Below, piece by piece: positions 18,947-28,282 of a stretch of 32,000 nucleotides of DNA. Positions within the stretch are counted from its first letter, which is position 1. The number at the start of each line of letters is the position of its first letter. Below the pieces are notes generated by a model that was not told where the DNA came from, did not search any database, and saw nothing but the letters and a program-made list of their open reading frames with translations. The stretch is from Bdellovibrionales bacterium (GTDB lineage Bacteria > Bdellovibrionota > Bdellovibrionia > Bdellovibrionales > UBA1609), in the NCBI GenBank assembly GCA_963692945.1, contig OY843585.1, forward strand, positions 690,001 through 722,000, read 5' to 3'. Position numbers and translations under genes: made by a program.

Positions 18947-20794
18947 CTAATAGACACTTGTTATAGATATTTCCAGTTCTTTAGAGATATCTTCTTTTAA
19001 CTTGTAAGTGTGTATAGGGTCATGTCCTAAACCAAAAAAGACTTCATTAAAAGAGGTTGTATTTTTTAAAGTGCTTAAGCCTTCTAATAAATTCCCTGGT
19101 AGAATTTTAACGGTGAGTATAATATCTTGTTCTACAATTGGGGCAATTTGTTGAGATACAACTCTTTGTAAAAGTTCATAAAAAAGTTCACTGTCTTCTA
19201 CATCTTCATTTTCTGCATAAAACAAAATCAGTTCATAAGGTTCCTTTTTTTGAATCCTCCTGATTTTTACTAAGGTGGCCATAATCAATCTTCTTGTATT
19301 GGCTGTTCCTATACATAAAATGTATTTTGGTAAATTGTCAGGGAGTTCAGACATAGATCGGTAAGAGTATTTTCCTAAACCTAAACGAAGATCAGAGTGT
19401 GTCGCTAGTCTTGTTTCTAAAACAGTCCAACGATAGTAGGCCATAAGCAAGGAAGTGATAGATAAGAGAAGAGTTAACATAAATAAAACTTGAGAATTTG
19501 CATTTAAGATAAGGATTAACAATGCAAAACCTAATAGAATAGCTGTTAGTAAGGAGGGTATGGGGAAAATTTTATTTTTCAATGTGAGGTAATATTTAGA
19601 GAGGTATTCTACAGGAGTTGCTTTTCTATAACCTTTGTTTCTCATAAGAATCACTCCTATAGCAAAACTCACCATTACACCTAGAAATGCAATCCCATAA
19701 ACTTTAGCAGCAATATAAACTTCCCCAGCTACAAAAGCAGACATTCCCATAGCAATCACAACAAAAGGTAGGGTGATGTAGGGGTAGCCTTCAAGACTAG
19801 GATATTTGTGTAACCATCGTTTTAAAAAAATTTGAGGGAGGTTTCCATTTTTTGCCATAGTTGTAGCGAGTCCTACAAATCCTACAAGAGCTGTGTTGGT
19901 TGCTGCAAAAAGTGTAAGGCTGGCATTGATAACTAAAATGGTCTTTAAAGAAGGACCTCCTAATTTAAAGGTAACTCCTGAAAGAAGATGATTGATATTA
20001 CTATCCACTTCTTGAGGTGTTAAAAGGGCTAAGCATATAAAAGAAATTAAAGGAGCGGTTAGAGAAACAGCTACAATCACTGTCTTATAAAGTTTTTCAA
20101 GGGTTTTCATATAGGGCTGTTTCATTGATTCAATGATTTGGGCTGCGGATTCAAAACCTGTGATACCTAAAAAAGCAGCCGCAAAACCATAAGCTAAAAG
20201 AGGAAAAGTGATTTTTATTTTTCCTTCTTGATAAAAACGAAAGAACTTTTTCAAATCCAATTCTTCAAAATTGAGACCTAAGTAGATAAGTCCCCAGATT
20301 CCAATAATAAATAAGAAAACAAAATGGAAAGAGGCAATGGCTGTTACAATTTTTGCAGGTTCTTTTAAGCCTCTGATATTCATCAGACCAAAAAAGATAA
20401 TGGGGAAAAAAGCAATAAAAACAACTGTACTTAAAGAGGCTTCAAAAGAAAAAAGAGAGCAGATGTAATAACTTCCAGAAAGAGAACTGACAGCCGCTGT
20501 TGCAAGATAAGATACAAAAGTTAAAGCCCCAGCAACAACGGCTGACCTTCTTCCCGTAGTTCTTAAAATCATGGAGTAGGCTCCTCCATTTCTTGGAGAC
20601 ATAGCCAAACCTTCTTCATAGGTTCTTTTGAAAATCCACATGGCCAAACAAACAGCTAGAACAAAAAGGGGAGCCAGATAACCTACAAGAGGAAAAAGAA
20701 CCCCTGTGCTATATAAGACAGAAGTTCCAATGTCAGAACCGACAATTCCTGCAGAGATAAACCAGTTTAATTGTGTTTTTGATTTTTCTATCAT
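18947..20794 (-). CDS. APC-superfamily amino-acid/polyamine-type transporter with a cytoplasmic C-terminal extension of about 150 aa
   Basis: There are about 12 hydrophobic helices and an APC-like N-terminal region (SAGIVGSDIGTSVLYSTG...NGGAYSMI...). The soluble C-terminal domain (KYILCIGTANTRRLI....ELILFYAENEDVED) may have a USP-like fold; this is an inference. Confidence 0.75.
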   Translation of the reverse strand: MIEKSKTQLNWFISAGIVGSDIGTSVLYSTGVLFPLVGYLAPLFVLAVCLAMWIFKRTYEEGLAMSPRNGGAYSMILRTTGRRSAVVAGALTFVSYLATAAVSSLSGSYYICSLFSFEASLSTVVFIAFFPIIFFGLMNIRGLKEPAKIVTAIASFHFVFLFIIGIWGLIYLGLNFEELDLKKFFRFYQEGKIKITFPLLAYGFAAAFLGITGFESAAQIIESMKQPYMKTLEKLYKTVIVAVSLTAPLISFICLALLTPQEVDSNINHLLSGVTFKLGGPSLKTILVINASLTLFAATNTALVGFVGLATTMAKNGNLPQIFLKRWLHKYPSLEGYPYITLPFVVIAMGMSAFVAGEVYIAAKVYGIAFLGVMVSFAIGVILMRNKGYRKATPVEYLSKYYLTLKNKIFPIPSLLTAILLGFALLILILNANSQVLFMLTLLLSITSLLMAYYRWTVLETRLATHSDLRLGLGKYSYRSMSELPDNLPKYILCIGTANTRRLIMATLVKIRRIQKKEPYELILFYAENEDVEDSELFYELLQRVVSQQIAPIVEQDIILTVKILPGNLLEGLSTLKNTTSFNEVFFGLGHDPIHTYKLKEDISKELEISITSVY

Positions 20795-20796
20795 GC

Positions 20797-21279
20797 TTAA
20801 CTTTTCATAGAGGTTGCTAACTTTATTATGTGCTTAAACTCTGTTTTTGTCACGGGTAGGATAGACAGCCTTTGTCCTTTTTTTAAGAGGAGCATATTTT
20901 TTAAGAGTTTTTCTTTTCTGAGTTGTTCCAAATCTAGAATTTGATTGAATTTTTTCTGAAATTTGACAGTAACGGCAAACCATCTAGGGTTTTCTTTTGT
21001 AGCCTTAGGGTCAAAGTATTTTGATTTTTTATCAATCGCTGTGAGGTCTGGTGTTGCCAATTTGGAGATAATCCCTAAGCCTGTCACCCCTGAAGGTTTG
21101 GCATTGGAGTGGTAAAATAGAATGGAATCTCCCATTTTCATATTATTTATCATAAAGTTGCGAGCTTGATAGTTCCTTACTCCCTCCCAAAAGGTTTCCC
21201 TTTCTTTTTGAAAGTCATCAATAGAATAGCTGGAGGGTTCCGATTTCATAAGCCAAAATTGAGTGGATGTAGGTTTCAT
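20797..21279 (-). CDS. EVE (PUA-like, DUF55) domain protein
   Basis: FWLMKSEPSSYSIDDF....WEGVRNYQARNFM..MKMGDSILFYHSN is the EVE-domain signature. Its stop codon is 2 nt from the transporter start, so the two are probably co-transcribed. Confidence 0.85.
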   Translation of the reverse strand: MKPTSTQFWLMKSEPSSYSIDDFQKERETFWEGVRNYQARNFMINNMKMGDSILFYHSNAKPSGVTGLGIISKLATPDLTAIDKKSKYFDPKATKENPRWFAVTVKFQKKFNQILDLEQLRKEKLLKNMLLLKKGQRLSILPVTKTEFKHIIKLATSMKS

Positions 21280-21393
21280 GAAATCTATGTATCCTTAATA
21301 GTTGGTAAAAATCAAGTTTCACTTTTTTATTCTTTAATGTCGCATCTCATCTTCTTCTTGAATCCCTTTATTTCTTGATAGATACTCTTGGTG

Positions 21394-22794
21394 ATGGGTG
21401 ATCGCATAGAAAAAGACACGCTTGGTAAAATGTCTATTCCAGAAGATAAACTTTGGTCTGTTCAAACTCAAAGGTCTTTGGAGAATTTCAAAATTGGATC
21501 GGATCGGATGCCTTTAGATTTAGTGTATGCTTTGGCTCTTATCAAAGAGTGCTGTGCCAAAGTGAACCAGTCTCTCGGTTTTTTGGATTCTAAAAAATCT
21601 GAAAAAATACAAAAAGCGGCTCAAGAGGTTCAAGAGGGAAAATGGGATGACCACTTCCCCTTGACCGTTTGGCAAACAGGAAGTGGAACCCAAACCAATA
21701 TGAATGTGAATGAAGTTATAGCGAATAGAGCGATACAACTTTCAGGAGGAAATGTAGGGGATAAAACTATTCATCCCAATGATGATGTGAATAAATCTCA
21801 ATCTTCTAATGATACTTTTCCTTCAGCGATGAGAATTTCTGTTGTTCTTGCTATTTGTCAAAAATTACTTCCAGCTCTTGATGATTTTGAAAAAAGTTTA
21901 GACAAAAAGGTTAAAGAGTTTGAGGGTCTTATAAAGATTGGAAGAACTCATCTTATGGATGCTGTTCCTTTAACTTTAGGACAGGAGTTTTCTGCTTTTA
22001 GGGAGCAGATACATCTTTCTAGAGAACGAATAAAAAATAATCTATCTCATTTATTGAGTTTGCCTTTAGGGGGAACCGCTGTGGGGACCGGTCTCAATAC
22101 GACTCCTGATTTTGGGAAAAAAGTTTGTCAATTTATCTCTGAAAAAACCTCTCAAAAGTTTGTCAGTGCAAGTAATAAATTTGAATCTATATCTAGTCAT
22201 GATTCTCTTGTCCAAATTCATGGAAGTTTCAAAACTTTAGCAGTGAGTTTGATGAAAATAGCAAATGATATAAGACTTCTCTCCAGTGGACCCCGATGTG
22301 GTTTTGGAGAAATCCTTTTACCGAACAATGAACCTGGGAGTTCTATCATGCCTGGAAAAGTGAATCCCACACAATGTGAATCTTTAACGATGTTGTGTGC
22401 ACAAGTTATAGGTCAAGATGTAAGTGTTTCTTTGGGAGGTTCTATGGGGCAAATGCAACTCAACACTTTTAAACCTCTTATTGTTTTTAATAGTCTTCGT
22501 TCGGTTCAACTTTTAAGTGATGGATTGAATAATTTTAGAAAAAAATGTTTGGATGGCCTAGCTCCTGATAAGAAAAAAATAAAGTTTTATTTAGAAAATT
22601 CATTGATGTTAGTAACAGCTTTAAACCCTCATATAGGTTATGAGAAGTCGGCTCAAATTGCTAAATCAGCTTATGAAAACGGAACCTCTTTAAAAGAAGA
22701 GTCTATTCGTCTAGGTTTTTTAACAGAAGAAGAGTTTGATCGTCTTATAGTTCCAAAAGAGATGGTTCGCCCTAATTTGAAACCCTCTTCTTAA
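21394..22794 (+). CDS. fumC: Fumarate hydratase, class II
   Basis: WQTGSGTQTNMNVNEV, GRTHLMDAVPLTLGQEF and the signature GSSIMPGKVNPTQCE are present. The ATG at 21394 is preferred over the TTG at 21388. Confidence 0.95.
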   Translation: MGDRIEKDTLGKMSIPEDKLWSVQTQRSLENFKIGSDRMPLDLVYALALIKECCAKVNQSLGFLDSKKSEKIQKAAQEVQEGKWDDHFPLTVWQTGSGTQTNMNVNEVIANRAIQLSGGNVGDKTIHPNDDVNKSQSSNDTFPSAMRISVVLAICQKLLPALDDFEKSLDKKVKEFEGLIKIGRTHLMDAVPLTLGQEFSAFREQIHLSRERIKNNLSHLLSLPLGGTAVGTGLNTTPDFGKKVCQFISEKTSQKFVSASNKFESISSHDSLVQIHGSFKTLAVSLMKIANDIRLLSSGPRCGFGEILLPNNEPGSSIMPGKVNPTQCESLTMLCAQVIGQDVSVSLGGSMGQMQLNTFKPLIVFNSLRSVQLLSDGLNNFRKKCLDGLAPDKKKIKFYLENSLMLVTALNPHIGYEKSAQIAKSAYENGTSLKEESIRLGFLTEEEFDRLIVPKEMVRPNLKPSS

Positions 22795-22796
22795 AA

Positions 22797-23561
22797 ATGT
22801 TATTTTCTTATTTTGTATTGGGTTGCTTGGGGATGCTTTCAGGAATCTCTTCGGCTTATTTAGGGGTGGGTGGAAGTTTATTCCTAGTTCCTCTTTTACC
22901 TTTGTTGGTGGGTTTATCTCCCATTGAGACTCTTCAAATCTCTCTTTCTATTATTTTGGTTATGTCTGTTATAAACACCTTATCTTTTTTATATCAAAAA
23001 CTTATTTTATGGTCTTGGGTTTATCCTATTGTTTTTACAGGATTGATTATTTCTTTTTTATCTAGTTTTGTAGTTAGTTTTATGACAGATGATAGGATTC
23101 GTTTTGTGTTATGGGGATTTTTGGTTTTTATGTTGGTTCTGCCTTTTTTTGTAAAAAAAATAATGTGGCTTAAAACAAGAGAGTGTGTGTATGCTTTTGG
23201 ATCTCTCATGGGACTTTGTGTAGGGCTTACAGGTTTAGGTGGTGGTTTTATAATAAGTCCTTATCTTCATGAGTCTAAACAAATGCCTTCAAAAAATGTT
23301 TCGGCTGTGGTTTGTTGTTCTATGTTTTTTGTGAGTCTATTTGCTCTCTTTGGTCAAATTCAAGGCTCAGAGTTCCCTTTTAAAAATAGTTCTTTCTGGT
23401 GGTCTTGTTATTTCCTACTTTTGATTCCTTCTATTTTTGGTTTATTTATAGGATATTTTTTAAATATAAAAGATAAAAGTCGGAAGAGAAGAGTTGTGTT
23501 ACTAAGGTTGTTAGTGGCTATTATGTTTGTAAAACTGAGTGTAGAGATTTTCTATTCTTGA
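22797..23561 (+). CDS. TauE/SafE (TSUP, DUF81) family membrane transporter
   Basis: 254 aa with about 8 TM helices. The N-terminal SAYLGVGGSLFLVPLL and internal GLTGLGGGFIISP motifs are typical of the family. It starts 2 nt after the fumC stop. Confidence 0.8.
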   Translation: MLFSYFVLGCLGMLSGISSAYLGVGGSLFLVPLLPLLVGLSPIETLQISLSIILVMSVINTLSFLYQKLILWSWVYPIVFTGLIISFLSSFVVSFMTDDRIRFVLWGFLVFMLVLPFFVKKIMWLKTRECVYAFGSLMGLCVGLTGLGGGFIISPYLHESKQMPSKNVSAVVCCSMFFVSLFALFGQIQGSEFPFKNSSFWWSCYFLLLIPSIFGLFIGYFLNIKDKSRKRRVVLLRLLVAIMFVKLSVEIFYS

Positions 23562-23602
23562 AGTGTTTTGTAAAGTTCAGCGAGTAAAAAAGGACATTTA
23601 TA

Positions 23603-23625
23603 GGGAGAATCTCCCCCTTTTTTTT
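23603..23625 (+). terminator. Possible weak intrinsic terminator after the TauE gene
   Basis: GGGAG-AAT-CTCCC (5-bp stem, 3-nt loop) followed by CC and T8. The stem is short, so this is tentative. Confidence 0.4.
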
Positions 23626-23763
23626 ACAGATATTTTTTTATATATAAACCCCCTTTTCAAACTTGCTAAAGAATTAAGTATTAGTTGTTTTACCTAGAGT
23701 ATTTAAAAGTAAAAAGATTTAAGTGAAAAGAAAAATCAGACGATAAGAATCTATAGGTTTCCA

Positions 23764-26700
23764 ATGGATTTCAGAAGTAAATTGTTAGATATATTGTTTA
23801 AAATTTTTATATGGATCATTGTGGCTTTGTCAGCTGGAGTTTTACTCTCTTGTGTTTCTACAAAAAAGAAACTAAATCCTAAGATTATAAAAGTAGAAAA
23901 AAGTCATTTTTTTAAATCTAAATCTGTGGGAAAAGATAAATTAAAAAGAAATACTAAAAAATATGAAAGAAAAGAATCAAAAGCCACAGGAGTCATTCTT
24001 AAATTTTATAATTGGCCTAGTGTTAAAGAAACCCAGTTAATAATAAAGCATTTAAACAAAAAAGGTTTAAAAAAACTAAAGACGGTTGAGAGTTTTAAAA
24101 TCTGGTTGTTTGAATGGCCTGAAGTTGAATTAAAATCGGCTCGGATGGCTTGGAGATCTTGTAAAAATATATCAAAACTATCTGCTCGTTTGAATTACTG
24201 TGAACCAAATTATTTGCTGACTCCAGATTCAAAACTTATGGATACGGAAGCCACTTCTACAGATATTGAATGTAAAACTTGCAATGAAAATAAGATTCAG
24301 CCTATAAAAAATGTGAATACCTGTGAGCTTGTAGCTTCAAAGCTCAAACTAAAAAAAGGTCAACTTTCTGATTACTGGGCACAAGAGTTAATAGGTTCTG
24401 ATCTTTTAAGAAAAGAATTTGAAAAAGTTCCAATTCCTAAAAAAGAAAATTTTATTACAGTTATAGAGTTTGGTGATTCAGAAGATCGTCATATGAATCT
24501 TGTTAAAAACCTTATTTCAGATGAAGGGTCTCATGCTATTTTACCAAGATTAGAAGGTAAATCTTCTAAATGGAATAAGATAAAAAAGACAGATACAAAC
24601 ACAAGTCTAGTTACTCAGTTCATAAATGGAGGTGCGACCTCCTATTTAATAATAGCAGAAAAATTAAAATATAAACCTCCGTCTTTTATCAATAGCAGTA
24701 TAGGTTGGGGTCAGTCAAAAACGGTCTATGAGGCATTTAAATCTCTTTCTTCACATTCTATTCTAGTAGCTTCTGCTGGTAATTATTTTCCTGAAAAGAT
24801 AGACAAAATGCAAGAGAAAGCCTCAAAAGATTTTGATGCTATTTTGGTTGGAAGTTTTAGTCCTAAAGGTTTTGTGAGTGAGTTTTCAAAGGAAGGAGAG
24901 GAAGTTCATATATTAGCTCCTTCCGATCTCTGGCTCACTTCTATGTACAAGAACAAGCCTTATAAAAATTTTGGAGGGACAAGTGGTGCTGCTCCTTTAG
25001 TTACAGGAAGCCTTGCTGGTTTTGAATGGCTTTCTGGTTATCATCCTACTGCAAAAGAAGCAAAAATAATTTTAAAAGAGACAGCTTTACCTACATTGCA
25101 TTCTCGTCAAAATAAAGTGGGTTTATTAAATTCTTATAGGATTGGAATGGTTGCCAAAAGATTAAAAAAGAAATGTGAAGATAAAGAACTCACTTGCTTT
25201 GCGAAAGAGATTAGAGATAAAAAGAATTATCAATTTCAGGTGGATGAAAATAAAATAAAAAAAGATATAGATGAAGTTTTTTCTGCTTGTAGTTTTGGAA
25301 ATAAAAAATCTCAAGCAGTAGAAAACACAACTTGCGAACAAAAGAAAAAAGTTTTTACAAAACTTAGAAAAACAATACTACTTAAGCCCAATCATCGTGA
25401 ACTCTGGGAGTCTTTAAGTTGTATTTATAGGCAGGAAGGATTTTCAGAAAATGCAAAAGCTTTAGATAATATAGCTCTTGCTTTTGATAATAGCAAAGTA
25501 GTGGTTGAAAAATTAATGAAACAGATTCTGAGTTCTGATGAGGGTTTAGAGTATGTGATTAGAAGACTAAATAAAGAAATAGGGTTTGAAATTGCTAAAA
25601 AAATGTTTACAAATAAAAATCTAATTATTAGAAGAGGGGTTATATACGGTTTATCTCAAAATGATGAAGGGCTACCTTTTTTAGAAAAATTTGCAGAAGA
25701 TAAATCTTCAGATGTGAGAAAAACTGTTGCACTGAGTTTATCTGAAATGGGTTACAAGGGGCTGCCTCTTTTAGAAAAATTGGCAGAAGATGAAAATTCA
25801 GATGTGAGAAAAACTGTTATATGGAGTTTATCTAAAATAGGTAACAAGGGGCTGCCACTTTTAGAAAAATTGGCAGAAGATGAAAATTCAGATGTGAGAG
25901 AATCTGTTGCACGGAGTTTATCTAAAATAGGTAACAAGGGGCTGCCTCTTTTAGAAAAGTTGGCAAAAGATGAAAATTCAAATATAAGAAAAACTGTTGC
26001 AGTGAGTTTATATGAAATAGGTGACAAGGGGCTACCTCTTTTAGAAAAGTTAGCAAAAGATAGATCTTCATTTGTGAGACGATCTGCTGTATGGGGTTTA
26101 TCTGAAATAGGTGACAAGGGACTGCCACTTTTAGAAAAATTGGCAAAAGATAAAAATTCAAATGTGAGACGATCTGCTACACTGAGTTTATCTGAAATGG
26201 GTGCCGAGGGACTGCCACTTTTAGAAAAATTGGCAAAAGATAAAAATTCAAATGTGAGACGATCTGCTACACTGAGTTTATATAAAATAGGTGCCGAGGG
26301 ACTGCCTCTTTTAGAAAAGTTGGCAAAAGATAAAAATTCAAATGTGAGACGATCTGCTACACTGAGTTTATCTGAAATGGGTGACAAGGGGCTGTCTCTT
26401 TTAGAAAAATTGGCAAAAGATAAAAGTTCATATGTGAGACAATCTGTTGCACGGAGTTTATTTGGAATGGGTAACAAGGGGCTGTCTCTTTTAGAAAAAT
26501 TGGCAAAAAATAAAAGTTCAGATGTGAGACGATCTGTTGAACTGAGTTTATCTGAAATGGGTGACAAGGGGTTGCCTCTTTTAGAAAAACTGGCAACAAG
26601 TGATGATTCAAATATAAGAAAATCTGCTATACTGAGTTTATATAAAATAGGTGACAAGGGGCTGCCTCTTTTAGAAAAATTGGCAAAAAATAAAAGTTCA

Positions 26701-26973
26701 GATGTGAGACGATCTGTTGTAGTATTGGGTTTATCTAAAATGGATGGCAAGATAGGGCTACCTCTTTTAGAAAAGTTGGCAGCAAGTGATGATCCAAATA
26801 TAAGAGAATCTATTATATGGAGTTTATCTAAACTGGGGGACAAGAAGTGGGTTCCTCTTTATAGAAAATTGGCAACAAGTGATGATCCAAATGTAAGAGA
26901 ACTTGCTGAAAAGATTTTAAGTGACCGACAAAAGGGATTCTTACCACCACTCCAAGAGTCTTTTTATCCTTGA
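23764..26973 (+). CDS. Membrane-anchored subtilase-like (S8) protein fused to about 14 HEAT-like (PBS-lyase-type) repeats
   Basis: 1069 aa. It has an N-terminal TM helix (IFIWIIVALSAGVLLSCV) and an I9-propeptide-like segment (..LNYCEPNYLLTP). S8 landmarks are ITVIEFGDS (Asp-box position), EGSHAI (His box), ILVASAGN (oxyanion Asn) and GGTSGAAPLVTG (Ser box). These are followed by 30-aa repeats GLPLLEKLAKDKNSNVRRSATLSLSEMGDK. Confidence 0.8.
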   Translation: MDFRSKLLDILFKIFIWIIVALSAGVLLSCVSTKKKLNPKIIKVEKSHFFKSKSVGKDKLKRNTKKYERKESKATGVILKFYNWPSVKETQLIIKHLNKKGLKKLKTVESFKIWLFEWPEVELKSARMAWRSCKNISKLSARLNYCEPNYLLTPDSKLMDTEATSTDIECKTCNENKIQPIKNVNTCELVASKLKLKKGQLSDYWAQELIGSDLLRKEFEKVPIPKKENFITVIEFGDSEDRHMNLVKNLISDEGSHAILPRLEGKSSKWNKIKKTDTNTSLVTQFINGGATSYLIIAEKLKYKPPSFINSSIGWGQSKTVYEAFKSLSSHSILVASAGNYFPEKIDKMQEKASKDFDAILVGSFSPKGFVSEFSKEGEEVHILAPSDLWLTSMYKNKPYKNFGGTSGAAPLVTGSLAGFEWLSGYHPTAKEAKIILKETALPTLHSRQNKVGLLNSYRIGMVAKRLKKKCEDKELTCFAKEIRDKKNYQFQVDENKIKKDIDEVFSACSFGNKKSQAVENTTCEQKKKVFTKLRKTILLKPNHRELWESLSCIYRQEGFSENAKALDNIALAFDNSKVVVEKLMKQILSSDEGLEYVIRRLNKEIGFEIAKKMFTNKNLIIRRGVIYGLSQNDEGLPFLEKFAEDKSSDVRKTVALSLSEMGYKGLPLLEKLAEDENSDVRKTVIWSLSKIGNKGLPLLEKLAEDENSDVRESVARSLSKIGNKGLPLLEKLAKDENSNIRKTVAVSLYEIGDKGLPLLEKLAKDRSSFVRRSAVWGLSEIGDKGLPLLEKLAKDKNSNVRRSATLSLSEMGAEGLPLLEKLAKDKNSNVRRSATLSLYKIGAEGLPLLEKLAKDKNSNVRRSATLSLSEMGDKGLSLLEKLAKDKSSYVRQSVARSLFGMGNKGLSLLEKLAKNKSSDVRRSVELSLSEMGDKGLPLLEKLATSDDSNIRKSAILSLYKIGDKGLPLLEKLAKNKSSDVRRSVVVLGLSKMDGKIGLPLLEKLAASDDPNIRESIIWSLSKLGDKKWVPLYRKLATSDDPNVRELAEKILSDRQKGFLPPLQESFYP
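25669..26925 (+). repeat. In-frame 90-bp (30-aa) tandem repeat array, about 14 units, encoding the HEAT-like repeats
   Basis: The period was measured directly; for example, actgccactt recurs at 26121 and 26211. Central units (about 26120-26400) are nearly identical at the DNA level. A degenerate extra unit precedes the array at about 25582. Confidence 0.92.
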
Positions 26974-27152
26974 GTACGAAAAGAATTTCACATTTGAAAA
27001 AAATGAATTCAATAGTGAGTAAACTGGCGTCTCCATTAGGTTCATTAAAGTCAGTATGGAAATTTTTAAATCAACTTAGAAACAATCTTCTTATTAAATA
27101 CTAATAAAACTTAAAGAGACTAGTATTGCCATTGTTAGCTTGGATACTCTTT

Positions 27153-28100
27153 CTAGTTATAGGAGTCATAGGAGTCGTCATAGGAGTTATAGGAGTCATA
27201 GGAGGGTGTACCATCTAAATTGATATCAAAATAATAAGTTTTTCCATCTTTATTTGTGTAAGGGATGCAAGATTTTTTATTGGAATGTATGTCGATTCCG
27301 TTACCCCACCAGCGATGATTTTTTAAACTTCTCACAGTGTTATGTTCTTTGAGAGGGTCTTTTACTTTTACAACTTGTAAGAGACCTGAAAGTTCATTGT
27401 CGCCAATAATATTCCGGTTGAAATATCTATATTTTAGATAAGGATCATCTATCAAAACTATCTTCTTGGATTTAGAAGAACTAGAATCTTCATTATCATT
27501 GTCAATGACTTTTACATTTAATTGTTCCGCTGTGTGATAAAGAGATTTTGTTTTTTCATAGGCCATTATTTTTTCATAAGCAAGATGCATTGGTAGATGG
27601 TTAATATAGGAGTTGTAATAGTTACTAGGAATAAGGAAATGAGAATGCCCCATATCTGAAAGGTTAATATAGTCTGCATAGTTCTTTTTTAAGGCTGCTT
27701 CAATATGTAAAATGGTATTCTTAATGAAATTTTCTGTGACCGTTATACCTTTAGAGATTGTTTTACCAGGGGGGATTTTAAAGGCACCTCTCTCACCATA
27801 AGTAGGATCATAATACATATGATTAATAAGTCGTTTAGGAGTTTCATACAAACGATAAAATCTTGTTTTTATCTCTAGAAGACTGGAGTACCATTTAAAA
27901 TCCTTAAAGTTAACAGACAAATCTTTGGAAGATGATTTTGAGCAACGGATTTTAGCTATTTTTATAGCTTGATTTAAATAGTCTTCTTTAGATTGTTTAG
28001 TAGTTTGTGAAGATGAATTGCGTTTCTCTATTGAGTTTTGAGCCATACCTGACCAACTGAGGAAACAAAAACTTAAGATAAACACAAAATTTAGATACAT
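27153..28100 (-). CDS. Secreted hypothetical protein with a C-terminal (D/N)SY tripeptide-repeat tail
   Basis: The track ORF starts at a TTG (28139). The ATG at 28100 gives a clean signal peptide, MYLNFVFILSFCFLSWSGMA. The C-terminus SYDSYNSYDDSYDSYN is encoded by 9-bp repeats (ataggagtc) at 27156..27203. I recognise no family. Confidence 0.55.
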   Translation of the reverse strand: MYLNFVFILSFCFLSWSGMAQNSIEKRNSSSQTTKQSKEDYLNQAIKIAKIRCSKSSSKDLSVNFKDFKWYSSLLEIKTRFYRLYETPKRLINHMYYDPTYGERGAFKIPPGKTISKGITVTENFIKNTILHIEAALKKNYADYINLSDMGHSHFLIPSNYYNSYINHLPMHLAYEKIMAYEKTKSLYHTAEQLNVKVIDNDNEDSSSSKSKKIVLIDDPYLKYRYFNRNIIGDNELSGLLQVVKVKDPLKEHNTVRSLKNHRWWGNGIDIHSNKKSCIPYTNKDGKTYYFDINLDGTPSYDSYNSYDDSYDSYN

Positions 28101-28282
28101 CGTTAATAGTATCTTTTCAAAAAATAAGACTTTTCTCAAATTGTTTATTTCTAAAAGGTATTTTTTTAAAGATTATTAAAGAGAATAAGCCAATTGTGTT
28201 TCTTAAAATAAGTGCTTTTAATAATAGAGTTAAGCATAAGTAATTCGGATCCTGTTTTATGACAGAGTGTATTGTAAATAGA

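Noticed and set aside
25752-26843. 363-aa antisense ORF across the HEAT-repeat array, plus the nested antisense ORFs 25922..26161 and 26357..26611
   Set aside because: These are shadow ORFs created by the in-frame 90-bp periodicity. Their translation is a low-complexity repeat (FANFSKRGSPL...), whereas the sense strand encodes a coherent HEAT consensus continuous with the subtilase domain.
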